Shown: one piece after another, positions 42,720 to 55,450 of the stretch
Layout of the letters: each line of letters starts with the position of its first letter
Position numbering within the stretch: position 1 is the first letter of the stretch
NCBI GenBank assembly: GCA_964016885.1
Contig: OZ024745.1
Span: forward strand, 82,274,001-82,338,000
Reading direction: 5' to 3'
From: Eledone cirrhosa
Taxonomy: Eukaryota
Length of the DNA: 64,000 nucleotides
The notes under the pieces: model-generated
Seen by the model: only the letters and a program-made list of their open reading frames with translations
What the model was told of the DNA's origin: nothing
The model's database searches: none
Translations under genes and position numbers: made by a program

Positions 42720-43570
42720 CAGATGATTGTTTATATATTGTCAAAGTTCTTTCGTCACACATTCTGTGACGTCTTCAGTGACTGGGTATTCTTTTCTTTG
42801 TTTTCGTGCCTCTCCTTTGTTCTGTCCTACGCCATCTTGTTTCTGTGTGTGTGTTGTGTGCTCAGTCTGCGCATGTGCCACATCCGGGTGTCTGTGTGTG
42901 TTTATATTCGTTTATTTATTTGTTTATTTACATGTTACTGGCTGGTTGTTTGTTCTATGTGCGTGTGTGTTTTCATTCTGTCCTTAATTGTAAGTTGTGA
43001 TGTTGCTATTCCACTCATGTTTTCTATTTAATTTTGGTTGGAGTTGATTTATGTGATTTGTCTAAACATTGTGTCTTTTCTGTGTGTAGATTCTATTTTT
43101 ATTTCTATGTTCTCTAATTTACCGTAGAGTACAGATGATTCTTTACTATCTTGAAGGTCTCGCCAGTGTTCATTTATCCGTTCCCCTATACTACGAGCTG
43201 TCTCACCTATGTACACTATATTTTTATCTCTACATTGTCCTTCAGTACATCTTATGCTATATACTACATTTCTAGTTTTACAGTTAATATGGGGGCTTAA
43301 TTTACAGATTATACATTTCTTATCTATACAGGGAGGTCTTTGAAAAGGGTATGTCTTGCTAATAAGTGTTTTTATGGAGGTACCTGGTCTTTCAACTATC
43401 TTAATATTGAGTTTATGTTTATCTAGGGCCCTTCTAAATTTGTAAGGTAATTCACCTCTAGGTGTTTTATCGATGAACATTACACTCTGGTATTTATTGC
43501 TATCATACCATGAGTTTATTCTATTAGCCTTATTCCTAGTTCTTTCTATTCTAAAGAAGTAGGAATAAGG
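42720..43570 (-). mobile_element. Penelope-like element 3' fragment (tentatively Nematis-like): GIY-YIG, 3' UTR and HHR
   Basis: WYDSNKYQSVMFIDKTP..IVERPGTSIK..C..C..C..CKTRNVVYSIRC..YIGETARSIGERINEH, then PKLNRKHEW. Confidence 0.82.
42740..42782 (-). ncRNA. Minimal type I hammerhead ribozyme
   Basis: Reverse complement: gtca-CTGAAGA-c-gtcaca gaatg tgtgac-GAAA-gaac-TT-tgac. Confidence 0.75.
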
Positions 43571-43769
43571 AGTTATTAACAATATATTTAGAAACACACA
43601 GATACATGCGGACACACACATATACATGAATGCATCCACACCCAACCGTGAGTTAATGGTGCCAACCTCACCGATGTTGCTCAATGAATGACTGGGACAG
43701 ACCAATCCGGTTGAATTAGACTGAACCAGTATCAGAGTTAAAGTGTTTCTAAATATATTGTTAATAACT

Positions 43770-44175
43770 CCCTCTGGTTGAGTAATCTTTGAAGTGTGGT
43801 GACTGCTGGAAAGCTGCCATTACTCATACTTCTCGCCCCCTTCACCACCTCTTCTACGGCTTCGATATAAATACCCCCTCCGCCTCCGTGGTATTTTCTT
43901 CGGGGTTATAAGAGGCTTAGCTCTGTTTCTCGACCGTTATATCGCGTGACTATCTCCCCCTCCGCCTTTTGGGATTCTTTCTCACGTCGTGTAGACGCGT
44001 TCTTGAAGCTAGTAAAATGAGGTATCCTCTTGATAAGTCGGCAGACCTCGCAGAGACTCTATATCTTTATGATGTATTTTTGTTTATGCCACGAAACTAC
44101 GTAGTCGAGGAATCTAGGAGCAGTTTAGGTATGATACATTTTATTACTAATTATATCTAAATGTTTCTTCTCTCT
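43770..44175 (+). mobile_element. Solo pseudo-LTR-like non-coding element with HHR, ending at (TA)n
   Basis: TATAAATA at about 43867, HHR near the 3' end, and a 28-bp inverted repeat upstream (43570-43597 and 43743-43770). Confidence 0.55.
44025..44111 (+). ncRNA. Type I hammerhead ribozyme, U3-A8 core
   Basis: tcctc-TTGATAA-gt c ggca...tgcc ac-GAAA-ctacgtag-TC-gagga. Confidence 0.82.
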
Positions 44176-44180
44176 TCATA

Positions 44181-44236
<56 letters not shown>

Positions 44237-44721
44237 ATGTATATATATATATATCGGACTCAAAGATGGCACTTGGACTAATATATTTCCACCAAACCAA
44301 TTAAGAACGAGAAAAATGAATGTGCCAGAAGGAATATAACTTTGCTTCATTTTTATAACATTAAGTATTGGACTAAAAATGGTTTGCTCTTGAGAGGTTA
44401 GGTTTCGAGGTTAGGTTGGGGTTATTTTTATATGGTCACCAAACCGAACAATAAACTTTCGTCCATCCCTCTCATAATGAGACCCTGGACGTTTCCGCCG
44501 AAATGTTAAGAATAATTTGATAAAATCCAAAATAGTTTTATTTCATTTCTTTCAAGATAGTAACCTTTTTTACGACGTTTTACGACTAATGTTAAATGTT
44601 AGCTTGAATACATTTTGTTGCCCATAATAGATGTTAAATGGAAATAGTTTAATGAAAAAGACTTGTTTCTACTGGATGGTATGTTGTCACATTGATCATC
44701 TGGCGTATCATACCATCACTA

Positions 44722-44912
44722 ATAATTGTTTTTACTTTTGGCACAAGGCCAGAAATTATCCCAGTGATTACTGGTACTCTATTTTATCAACCCCGTACGG
44801 ATGAAAGGCAAAGTTAACCTCGGCGGGATTTGAACTCAGAATAGCAAGGGCCATAACTCTATGCGACAAAGCATGGTGCCCAACCCTCTACCGACACTGC
44901 CAATCCACCGCC
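44722..44912 (-). mobile_element. SINE family A, full length, with target-site duplication
   Basis: tcataccatcactaataa is duplicated on both flanks. Confidence 0.9.
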
Positions 44913-45178
44913 TCATACCATCACTAATAATAACAAGTAAATATCAGTAACGAATAATGACACTCGAAGAAGTCTCAGTACTGCTTCTCATAAATACACC
45001 CCACTCACCCACCTCCACACGCACACAACACAAACATAGAATATATATGAGGAACGGGAATCATATGATTCCAGTTCCTCATAGAAAAAAAACCCAACCA
45101 GGAACTGGGCATATCAGAGTATTGAAAAAGTTAAACACCTCAACAACATGTGTACTCGTCTCTACCACACCAATTCAG

Positions 45179-45233
45179 ACAGCCTGAAGAGGTCACAGCC
45201 AAGGATGGCTGTCACCGAAATATATATAGCAGT
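45179..45233 (+). ncRNA. Type I hammerhead ribozyme in a solo pseudo-LTR-like segment
   Basis: acagc-CTGAAGA-ggt c acagcca agga tggctgt c acc-GAAA-tatata-TA-gcagt. One mismatch in helix I. Confidence 0.75.
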
Positions 45234-45398
45234 AATAAACGAAGCCAAATTTTAAATATTTGACTTATTTATTTTAATTTAATTTACAAAGTAACCAGAG
45301 TAACCAAACCAACCTGCGCACTTCGTCGAGTGTTCCAATCTGCATACTGAGGTGTCGGTAAACAACCAACATATACTCAATATATATATATATATTTA

Positions 45399-45443
<45 letters not shown>

Positions 45444-45482
45444 CGTGTGTATATATATATACGTGTGTGTATATATATGTAC

Positions 45483-45527
<45 letters not shown>

Positions 45528-45803
45528 CGTGTGTGTTCAATCATCTATATATATATATGTAGATGATTGAACACACACGTGCTTTTTAACAAAAAATATT
45601 TTTATGTTTCTTCCTGATCTCACTCTTCTCTATCGTTCTATTTCTTCTTTTATTTCTCATACTGTATTCTAATGGACTGGTGCCCGAAACGTTAAGCCTA
45701 TATCAAGCGTTAAACTAATATAAATATTTATTGCACTGCACTGTTTGATTGTTGCTTTCCGTTAACGTTTCGTATAGGCACCCCGCCCCACACACATATA
45801 TGA

Positions 45804-45835
<32 letters not shown>

Positions 45836-46030
45836 GGATACTATTTATGGTTATGTATATATTAAACTTTTTATAGTTATGTATGTTTTAAACCCTAAAC
45901 AGTGAAGGTCAGTAATTTATTACTACCTTATTACCAGTAAGATAAATAGCTCAATGTAATAACATCAGTTGTTCTACAGAGCAGTTATATAGAATTCACA
46001 AGAATCAAAGCTATGTTCAAAGCATTTATT

Positions 46031-46076
46031 CACTTACAATTGTTTCATCCAAACCTTGGCTTGGGTCTTCGGAGCA
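46031..46076 (-). ncRNA. Hammerhead-like motif with CCGAAGA core (3' pseudo-LTR)
   Basis: Reverse complement: tgct-CCGAAGA-c ccaagcc aa ggtttgg at-GAAA-caattg-TA-agtg. Confidence 0.6.
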
Positions 46077-47548
46077 TTTTTCAATGTTTGTACATATAAT
46101 TGACCTCCTATCCTACGCAAGAGACATGCAGATATATATATATATTGATGTACAGTGGAGTGACATATATTACACTATACTATTTTTGTACAGCAATTCA
46201 AATTCAAGATCAAAATCAAAATCAAAATTAAAATCAAAATCAAAATTAAAATACATTCGGCAGATAACATAGATAATGGAGGAGGATAGCTTGATAGTCA
46301 GATCTAGTAGGTAGTGTATGCGTTAGTTACACGTGGAGCATGCAAGTGTGTCTCATTTTTATACGATTATTGTGTGGCAAGGTGTTACATGTAATGCAAG
46401 CACTTTAAGCGGGTAAGCAAGAGTATTATGGTGGTTGTAGTAGTAGGGTATTTTTAGTATAGATAAAAAAAGTATGTGTGCAGAAAAAAAAAAGAAGCAA
46501 AAGAAAGTTATGGTTTTCGTATCCACCACCATTTTCACATTCAGAAAAAGCAAGAGATAGTTTTTACATCATTCACATAAGTAACGATGATTCCGTAGTG
46601 AATGTTTGATGCATTAAATTATTGTAGTGTATTGAGGCTCAGTGTTATTTAATCCATATTTATAGAATAGGTTCTTTCTGCTGTGAGAATTTACAGTGGT
46701 TTATTACCCGGAAGTATGTTTGGAATTAAGGGGAGTTAATGCGTAAGAGGAGGTAACTAGCTGATTCTCATAACTAAATTCATTGTTCTAACATACATTA
46801 TATGGTGCCTCAATTGAGTCCCTTATATAAACGGTTATATATTTATATCTAGTTTTCAATATTAAATACAGTCTACTCTATCATAATGTACTAAAGGTAT
46901 CTATAGTAAGTTGATTACTCCTTATTATATAGTGCTACAATTGAATTTCCCATACAAAGTGCCATATCTCTATATCAAAGTTCACTGAAAATACAGTCTA
47001 CTCTCAAAACACATCAGAGTGCCTATTAGAATTTTGTCTACATAACCCCTTGTAAGTTATGGAGCAGCGTATGGCTGTTAGCATGACAAAACCAAATACA
47101 ACTCCATGGCAGACAAATACATCCCTCATTTACAATGTCATTAATCTATCCATCAATACTTGCATATATAATTCTTATATAATTCATATACAATTCATTG
47201 CAGCATCCTACATATAAGTTAGACAGATCCCTTATGTTAATAAATTAATTTTATATATATCCAATGTTATTACTCCATACATTTAATTACAATTGCATAT
47301 ATAATTCACTGCCGTATCTAGTATTTAAAGTTTATATAGACTGTATTATATCACTACATAATTATAAGTAATTGAAAGTAATTATATTAAAAGTAGGTGT
47401 TTATGGGGATATTTCTAGGGTATAAAGTTATAGATAGATGGAATGATTTGTGTCGAGATAGGGTGGATCAGAGAGTGTGGTCTTGTGGTGTAATGCGTGC
47501 CCTTGAGGTGTGGTGTTAGAAGCGGTGATGGGTTCAAGTCTGACATTG

Positions 47549-49995
47549 TTATTTATTGGGTTTAAAGTTTTGGAAGGAGTGCCGGAAGCGGTGCTGGCAC
47601 GACTCAAACACTTGCGATATTTTATTAAGGAGGTTAAGATTCGAGAAGATTATAGTATGGGTCTCTAGAAGACAGAGGTTGCAGAAGTAATTAGGTGGTT
47701 TGTACGATGCCGCCTTACCTATAACTTCCCATTTAAGTGTATAAGATCTATTTTTAGTTTTTAGATAGTGTATGTAGCTAGATAGTGAAGTGGAGTTGGC
47801 TAGACTGTGTTTTTTGAAAGAATGGAGGTGTGAATTGTATCTGGTTTTGAAGCAGTTCGAAGTAGAGCCTATATAGGTTTCAGAAGAGTTGCTAGTTTTG
47901 ACGGTGCATGAGTATATGATGTCCTTGATTAAGCAGTTTTTATCTAAAGGGCAGGTTCTATTAGATCTACAGTTACAATTTCTTTGGATGTTAACCTGCC
48001 GGTTATTATGTTGTGTAGAAATCTGGTTGCTAGGTATTGCATTATGGCTATGGGGGCTGTCGCTCCCAGTGTTATTGATTTCACTAGTGTTATTACTATT
48101 ATTACTATTGATATCAGGGTTTGCAGATATTACGTTGTTTTGAAAGTTTACCCCCTGCTGTGTTTTAGTTAGTTGAAAGTAAATATTAATCTTTCTTTTA
48201 TTGCTACTAGCTATGTGGTATGCTATGTTAGGCGTAGTAGAGTAGGAGATTTTAATGGTGTTTTTATTTATAAGACTATGGTACTTGTAGCCAGATGGGA
48301 AGTTTTTATCCAGGAGTGAGAAGAAAGCCTTAGGTAGGTTGGTAGAGATGTTTAGATTGAAAGGGAGGTTTAAAAATGTATTAGTTCTTCTTCTATTTTT
48401 GTTTTTTATGTCTGGTGAGATATTTTCTTTTATGGTATTTTGGTGTCCTCTCTGGTGTGAGTTACGTTTGTTGCCACCCTTCGTACTAGTGTGTGCGTGG
48501 TTATTATTCTTATTACTATTTTTTCTCATGGACATATTGTGCGAAATATGTGTTTTTATAGGTAGGAACTCGATCTCATTATTATGTCCTGATCTAGCTA
48601 ATGCCTGATTATAGTATTGTGAGTTTTTGTTGAATATGGTTTCGTCATAAGATAGATTAGAGATTCTATTGGATATTCCTTTAGAGATAGAGTTTAATAT
48701 TGATCTAGGGTGGTTAGACTTGGTATCTACGTAAATCAGTTTTTCGTTAGGTTTATGGAATGGTGTATATATCTTAGAGTCTAGGTAAAGGGTGGCATCT
48801 AGGAAGTTAACGTTTTTAGTGTTTTTGTCTATGGTGATACATAGGTTATAGTTTTTGAAAGTCTTGTGCAATAGTTTTCTAGTTCTTTCTATATTAAATT
48901 TTTTATAGTCTATAAGGAGTAGCGCATCGTCGCGGTACAAACCACCGTTGAGGTATGGAAGGTCCTTATGGATTTCGTTTAGTAGGTATAGGCCCACCAA
49001 ATCAGTGACCTGCGCCGAGTCACTAGATCCCATGGTTATGTCAAAGTTGTTATGCGTATTCTTGCGGGTCCATAACTGGTCTTCAAAAGTGATTACGGTT
49101 TTGCGGGCCGCAAGTATGACATCAATCTGGGGTCTAGTCAGGTCACTATTGTTCATGACCATAATTAGTGCCTTATTTAATAGGATAGAGGAAATAGAGG
49201 TGTAGTATGAATTGATATCAAATTGAATACATTTTTTATCTTTGTTTTCCTTGATATCCTTAAACCATTCAATAACTTCACCCGTATTTCCCCACTGTTT
49301 AAAGGTATATTTTGTGTTTAATCTGTGGGATGATTTCATCCAGAATTTTCTTACTGATAATGCCAATGTCAGACTTGGAAGGGCAGATTAGTCTAATCGA
49401 AGGGTTACTAATGAAATCCTCCTTATGGTCTTTCAGAGAGAATCTAGGGGGTTGAGGTGTATGGTTGTGTATGTCTCTGAAGTCCCAGTTTGGACACTAT
49501 ATTACGGCTTTCTAAATTAATATCTTCTAGGTTTTTCATAGTAGTTTTCTTGTAGCTCTTGTGTAGTTCATTATATATAAACTTTCTATATGTATCATAA
49601 TCTAGGCTGTATATGTTATTAGTTTTGACCGCATGCACAATAATTTTACTACTTGCTTTGAATCCATTAATAGAGGAGTTAAGTTTGTTTAAGAAGGTGT
49701 TGTTTCTATTACGATGCTTTTTGTATTTAATGTTCTTAACTAGTTTTATTAGGTCATTTTCAAAGGAGTTTAGTAGTGTGTTGTGAGGGGGGCTTCTAAA
49801 AGTTTTAAAGCCGAAGGAGTCGAATTTGTTAGTATCATTAATTTTGTTAGATTTGTTTTTATCATAATGGAATGTCCTCCATCTCACTCTATTGATAAAG
49901 GAGTTGACACTATTGATCAATAATTTCTCGTATGTATCTTTGGATGGTATTGGTATGTTAATGGTTGACATAGGAAGTTGGTCTTTGATCAGCAT
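47549..49995 (-). pseudogene. PLE RT plus GIY-YIG polyprotein with two frameshifts (about 49450 and 49310)
   Basis: FINRVRWR; [22 protein letters not shown]; QFDINSYYTSI; FDITMGSSDSAQVTDLVG; GGLYRDDAL; CNC..CPLDKNCL; IIYSC..YIGST..FKTRYNSH; CNLCLLE; CQHR. Confidence 0.92.
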
Positions 49996-50239
49996 TCTGG
50001 TAATTTAATGTATGTTAGCTCAACAGTATGGAGCAGTTAATAATATTAAGGATACTATTTATGGTTATGTATATATTAAACTTTTTATAGTATATTTTAA
50101 ACCCTAAACAGTGAAGGTCAATAATTTATTACTACCTTATTACCAGTGAGATAAATAGCTCAATGTAATAACATCAGTTGTTCTACAGAGCAGTTATATA
50201 GAATTCACAAGAATCAAAGCTATGTTCAAAGCATTTATT

Positions 50240-50285
50240 CACTTACAATTGTTTCATCCAAACCTAGGCTTGGGTCTTCGGAGCA
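50240..50285 (-). ncRNA. Hammerhead-like motif with CCGAAGA core (5' pseudo-LTR)
   Basis: Same motif, about 250 nt upstream of the ORF start. Confidence 0.6.
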
Positions 50286-51887
50286 TTTTTCAATGTTTGT
50301 ACATATAATTGACCTCCTATCCAACGCAAGAGACATACAGATACACATATATATATATATATATTGATGTACAGTGGAGTGACATATATTACACTATACT
50401 ATTTTTGTACAGCAATTCAAATTCAAGATCAAAATCAAAATCTAAATTAAAATATAAATCAAAATTAAAATATATTCGGCAGATAACATAGATAATGGAG
50501 GAGGATAGTTTGATAGTCAGATCTAGTAGGTAGTGTATGCGTTAGTTACACGTGGAGCATGCAAGTGTGTCTCATTTTTATACGATTATTGTGTGGCAAG
50601 GTGTTACATGTAATGCAAGCACTTTAAGCGGGTAAGCAAGAGTATTATGGTGGTTGTAGTGGTAGGGTATTTTTAGTATAGATAAAAAAAGTATGTGTGC
50701 AGAAAAATAAAAATAAAAAGAAGAAGCAAAAGAAAGTTATGGTTTTCGTATCCACCACCATTTTCACATTCAGAAAAAGCAAGAGATAGTTTTTACATCA
50801 TTCACATAAGTAACGATGATTCCGTAGTGAATGTTTGATGCATTAAATTATTGTAGTGTATTGAGGCTCAGTGTAATTTAATCCATATTTATAGAATAGG
50901 TTCTTTCTGCTGTGAGAATTTACAGTGGTTTATTACCCGGAAGTATGTGTGTAATTAAGGGGAGTTAATGCGTAAGGGGAGGTAACTAGCTGATTCTCAT
51001 AACTAAATTCATTGTTCTAACATACATTATATGGTGCCTCAATTGAGTCCCTTATATAAACGGTTATATATTTATATCTAGTTTTCAATTTTAAATACAG
51101 TCTACTCTATCATAATGTACTAAAGGTATCTATAGTAAGTTGATTACTCCTTATTATATAGTGCTACAATTGAATTTCCCATACAAAGTGCTATATCTTT
51201 ATATCAAAGTTCACTGAAAATACAGTCTACTCTCAAAACACATCAGAGTGCCTATTAGAATTTTGTCTACATAACCCCTTGTAAGTTATGGAGCAGCGTA
51301 TGGCTGTTAGCATGACAAAAACAAATACAACTCTAGGGCAGACAAATACATCCCTCATTTACAATGTCATTAATCTATCCATAAAGTTATACTTGCATAT
51401 ATAATTCTTATATAATTCATATATAATTCATTGCAGCACCCTACATATAAGTTAGACAGATCCCTTATGTTAATAAATTAATCCTATATATATCCAATGT
51501 TATTACTCCATACATTTAATTACAATTGCATATATAATTCACTGCCGTATCTAGTATTTAAAGTTTATATAGACTGTATTATATCACTACATAATTAAAA
51601 GTAATTGAAAGTAATTATATTAAAAGTAGGTGTTTATGGGGATATTTCTAGGGTATAAAATTATAGATAGATGAAATGATTTGTGTCGAGATAGGGTGGA
51701 TTAGAGAGTGTGGTGTTGTGGTGTGGTATTTTAATTTTGATTTTGATTTTGATCTTGAATTTGAATTGCTGTACAAAAATAGTATAGTTTAATATATGTC
51801 ACTCCACTGTACATCAATATATATATATGTATCTGTATGTCTATTGCGTTGGATAGGAGGTCAATTATATGTACAAACATTGAAAAA

Positions 51888-51933
51888 TGCTCCGAAGACT
51901 CAAGCCTAGGTTTGGATGAAACAATCGTAAGTG
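51888..51933 (+). ncRNA. Hammerhead-like motif (inverted copy)
   Basis: tgct-CCGAAGA-ctcaagcctaggtttggat-GAAA-caatcg-TA-agtg. Confidence 0.5.
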
Positions 51934-52000
51934 AATAAATGCTTTGAACATAGCTTTGATTCTTGTGAATTCTCTCTCTCTCTCTATATATATATACATT

Positions 52001-52031
<31 letters not shown>

Positions 52032-53704
52032 GAATATATATATATATTTACATACACACACACATATATACATACATACACACACACACACACATATATA
52101 TATATACATACACACACACACACACGCCTATATATATATATATATATTTGTGTATGTGTATGTCTATATATATACACATGTATATATACACAAACACATC
52201 TTTATGCAAAATTTTTATATCGATTATAAATTTACTTTTCCTGTTCGTTCATTTGCCAATACATTTTCATACATATGTATCAAACGCTGCATGACATAGT
52301 GTGGAGCAATGAAGAAATAAGAACGCTGAATAACTACAACAAAAAGAAATAAACAAAAGTAATAAAATAAAACAAAATAAAATAACAAATATCCAGGTAA
52401 AATAATACCAAAATGAAAAATGGAACCAAAACAATTTCTGAATCTACATGTCAGAATATTTAGATGTGTCTATTTTTTTTATTTTTTTATAAATTGTGTT
52501 AGTTTTATTTAGTGTATATTATTTATAAACTTAAGGCATCTATTTTTATTTATTTTTGATTGGCAGAAAACTTTTCCAAAATTGTATATAACAAAGGAAA
52601 TACTATTACAGTTACATTAACTTGAGGAAAATGTTGTTTATATGCCTCATCAGGGAACAGCATAAATATACAACAGCAAACTTCTTTAGACTATGATTCT
52701 TTTGCAATAGTTTTGTTTTTAATAAGATAATGTTTTTCACTATTATTTATATTCTGTATAATTTGTACAACCACAAGCCAGTGCCAAAAATATTTCGATA
52801 ATTTCAAGCAGACACTACTTACCTTCTATTGTCTAAAATTCCAAGCAAAGGTAAAGTCTTCAGCGTTTTCTTTACTAATTTTACCCTTTTTTTAATTGTT
52901 TGTATATCCGATTTGCTGACTCTTCATTGAAATAGGAGCTCGATGATCGTGCATAATCACATTGTGCGGCTCTTCTTGGTTAGGCTTGGCCCTTTAGTAG
53001 AAACAACCCTTCCTAAGGAGTAAGCAGGCTTTTAACCTCAAAGGAGTTGCACTGATCAACTCTATTTCTGTTTTGATCAAGTCTGTTTGTTTTTTCATGG
53101 CATTGCATAATTTGGCGCCAATAAAGAACAGCATGCAGAAAGGAGAGGAGTAGAGTTGAGAGCAAGTGTGTTTTTCTATAACATCTGTCACCAATCCTGT
53201 CGCAACCACAAATGCAGAAACAACAAAAACTAAAACTACCATTACTAACAGACACAAAGTTCTAACCCAAAATGCAACAGAATGTTAAATAACAGTCAGA
53301 AGACTGAGAATGTCATAAAACGCTGTATCAAGATTAGTTAGTTTTCCATCAGTGACACTCACCCATGAAATAGAGTAGAGTAGTGTCTATATAAAATTTA
53401 GCGTGATTTAGCGTGATTTAGGAGAGGCGTATTTGCATATAGCAAATAGAAAAAGTCGGCTAGAAATTCTCATTTGCATATAGTGCTAACTTAGTGTGAT
53501 TGGGGGTAGCACTAAGACAACGTTTAAGCATTATATATAGGAAAGCATATATAAACGTGTATTATCCTTTTATATACAATAAACATACTTTTATGCGGCA
53601 TATGTTTAATGTATATAAACGTTATGTTTAAACGTTGTCTTAGTGCTACAGCCAATTAAATATAACAATCCCAGTAATATATATACATAATATGGAAAAC
53701 GAAG

Positions 53705-53988
53705 AATCAGTGATGCATCGGAACACAATTTATTACGTATTACAATTGTTTCTCCGGCGAACAGCTCGAGGTGCGATCTGTTTGTGGATCGAACCTGACT
53801 CTGGATTCGCAAGTTCCTCAGATACGTCTAGTGATTTCGAAGAGGATTTGATTCGAAATCACTAAACATATCTGAGGAACTTGCGAATCCAGAGTCAGGT
53901 TCGATCCACAAACAGATTGCACCTCGAGCTGTTCGCCGGAGAAACAATTGCAATACGTAATAAATTGTGTTCCGATGCATCACTGATT
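53705..53988. repeat. Near-perfect palindrome (arms about 135 bp) whose arms are hammerhead motifs
   Basis: aatcagtgatgcatcgg...ccgatgcatcactgatt. Confidence 0.92.
53735..53827 (-). ncRNA. Type I hammerhead ribozyme
   Basis: Reverse complement: acgtat-CTGAGGA-a cttgcgaa...ttcgccgg a-GAAA-caattg-TA-atacgt. Confidence 0.78.
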
Positions 53989-54063
53989 ATTATACTCTGC
54001 TCTGAAGGAGCATAGAGTTCTCAACTGGTATACCGCCTATGAACGCATCCAAGCAACCGTACT

Positions 54064-54068
<5 letters not shown>

Positions 54069-54145
<77 letters not shown>
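54069..54145. repeat. (TA)n microsatellite
   Basis: Direct reading. Confidence 0.95.
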
Positions 54146-54152
<7 letters not shown>

Positions 54153-55450
54153 GGTAGCAACATGTGCTTACGCCGTATTTGACTAAATAGAATTAGTCTG
54201 TTAGTTGGGATTTAAAAAAAACAACCTCTGAATGGAAAAAAAGAATGAGTATTGATGTACATGGGATACGAAGCCACATCTTTGGTTACTATCTAATTTT
54301 CAAATTCGCTAGCCGTTTGTAAAGACAGCCTGCTTTGTGTCTTCCTATTCATACACATATATATACATGAGATGGCCACGGTTAACAGAGACAACTTTTC
54401 GTCAGGTGGCATTCTCATCGCCCCAGCATGGTGCAAGAAGAAATAATAATATTGCACGAAGATCTACTAAGAATGAAAATATCTGTATACACAGACAAAG
54501 CGACAAGTCTAAATTGCCACTAGAAATATTTCCCTTGTTAGTAGATCTGCGCATGCGTGCAATATCATTATATTTTTCTTGCACCATGCTGGAACATTGA
54601 GAATGGACTCATTTCTTTTAATGAGAATCAAAGGAAATACATAGTCGTGAAAAAGAAGAGGAATTTTGGAGGGAAAGCAGATATGTGTTTAGTCAGTCAT
54701 TTTGGGAAAGAGCAAATGAAAATATATAAGAGAGGTTTTGAAAGGGAGATAATCATTGTGTATTGTGAGTAAACATGTGTATGTATGTGTCTGAGTGTGC
54801 GTACAAATCTGTGAGGGCATGTGCATCAGTCAATGACAAATATCGCCCTGAGAGCGTAGAGATATGTGTGTGCGAGCACACACACACACACACATATATA
54901 TATATTCCTATGCAAATGAGGGGAATCAGCCCACCTACACAGGCTAAATGCTATATATTCTTGCCTATTTTCAAGTTCCAGCAGAAAGCAGCACAGAAGC
55001 ACTGTTCCGATGAGAGACATTAGTTCAAAATGCGCAAGGACATCTGTACCTCGCTGCTTCAGTTGGAAATCGCTAGATGGCGCTGGCCGTTAGCCTTTCA
55101 ATATTCATAGTTTGCCTTTCAAAATGTTTATTTATTAACATACCGCATATCTTTAGATATACGAAATTTACGTACATATATGTATACAGTTACGTTGGAG
55201 CTAAATTTTGATATATGAGCAAGCGATATACAGGAAGAATGGCACCCAGTATTGAATGACTGGTACTTTTATTGACCTAGAACGGATGGAAGTCAAAGTT
55301 GACCTCGACGGGATTTGAACTCAGAGAGCAGAGAGCCGAAATGAATACCGCAAAACATTCTATCCGACGTTCTGATGACTCTGCTAATTGTGTGTGTAGG
55401 CGGAGAATTGGCAAGCATACACACACACACAAATATATATGTATTATATA

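Larger units (their letters stand above)
45827..51973 (-). mobile_element. Full-length Penelope-like element (tentatively Hydra clade) with two about 1.67-kb direct pseudo-LTRs and an inverted 5' partial copy
   Basis: 45827-47491 matches 50041-51724. 51728-51973 is an inverted copy. The ORF lies between. Flanked by TA/CA microsatellites. Confidence 0.92.

Noticed and set aside
42783-43570. Selenoprotein-encoding Naiad PLE with SECIS
   Set aside because: The endonuclease is C-terminal and followed by an HHR. No in-frame UGA at Cys positions and no SECIS-like stem seen.
45660-45720. Hammerhead-like ctaatgg...gaaacg
   Set aside because: Core is broken at G5 and A9 and there is no convincing helix I.
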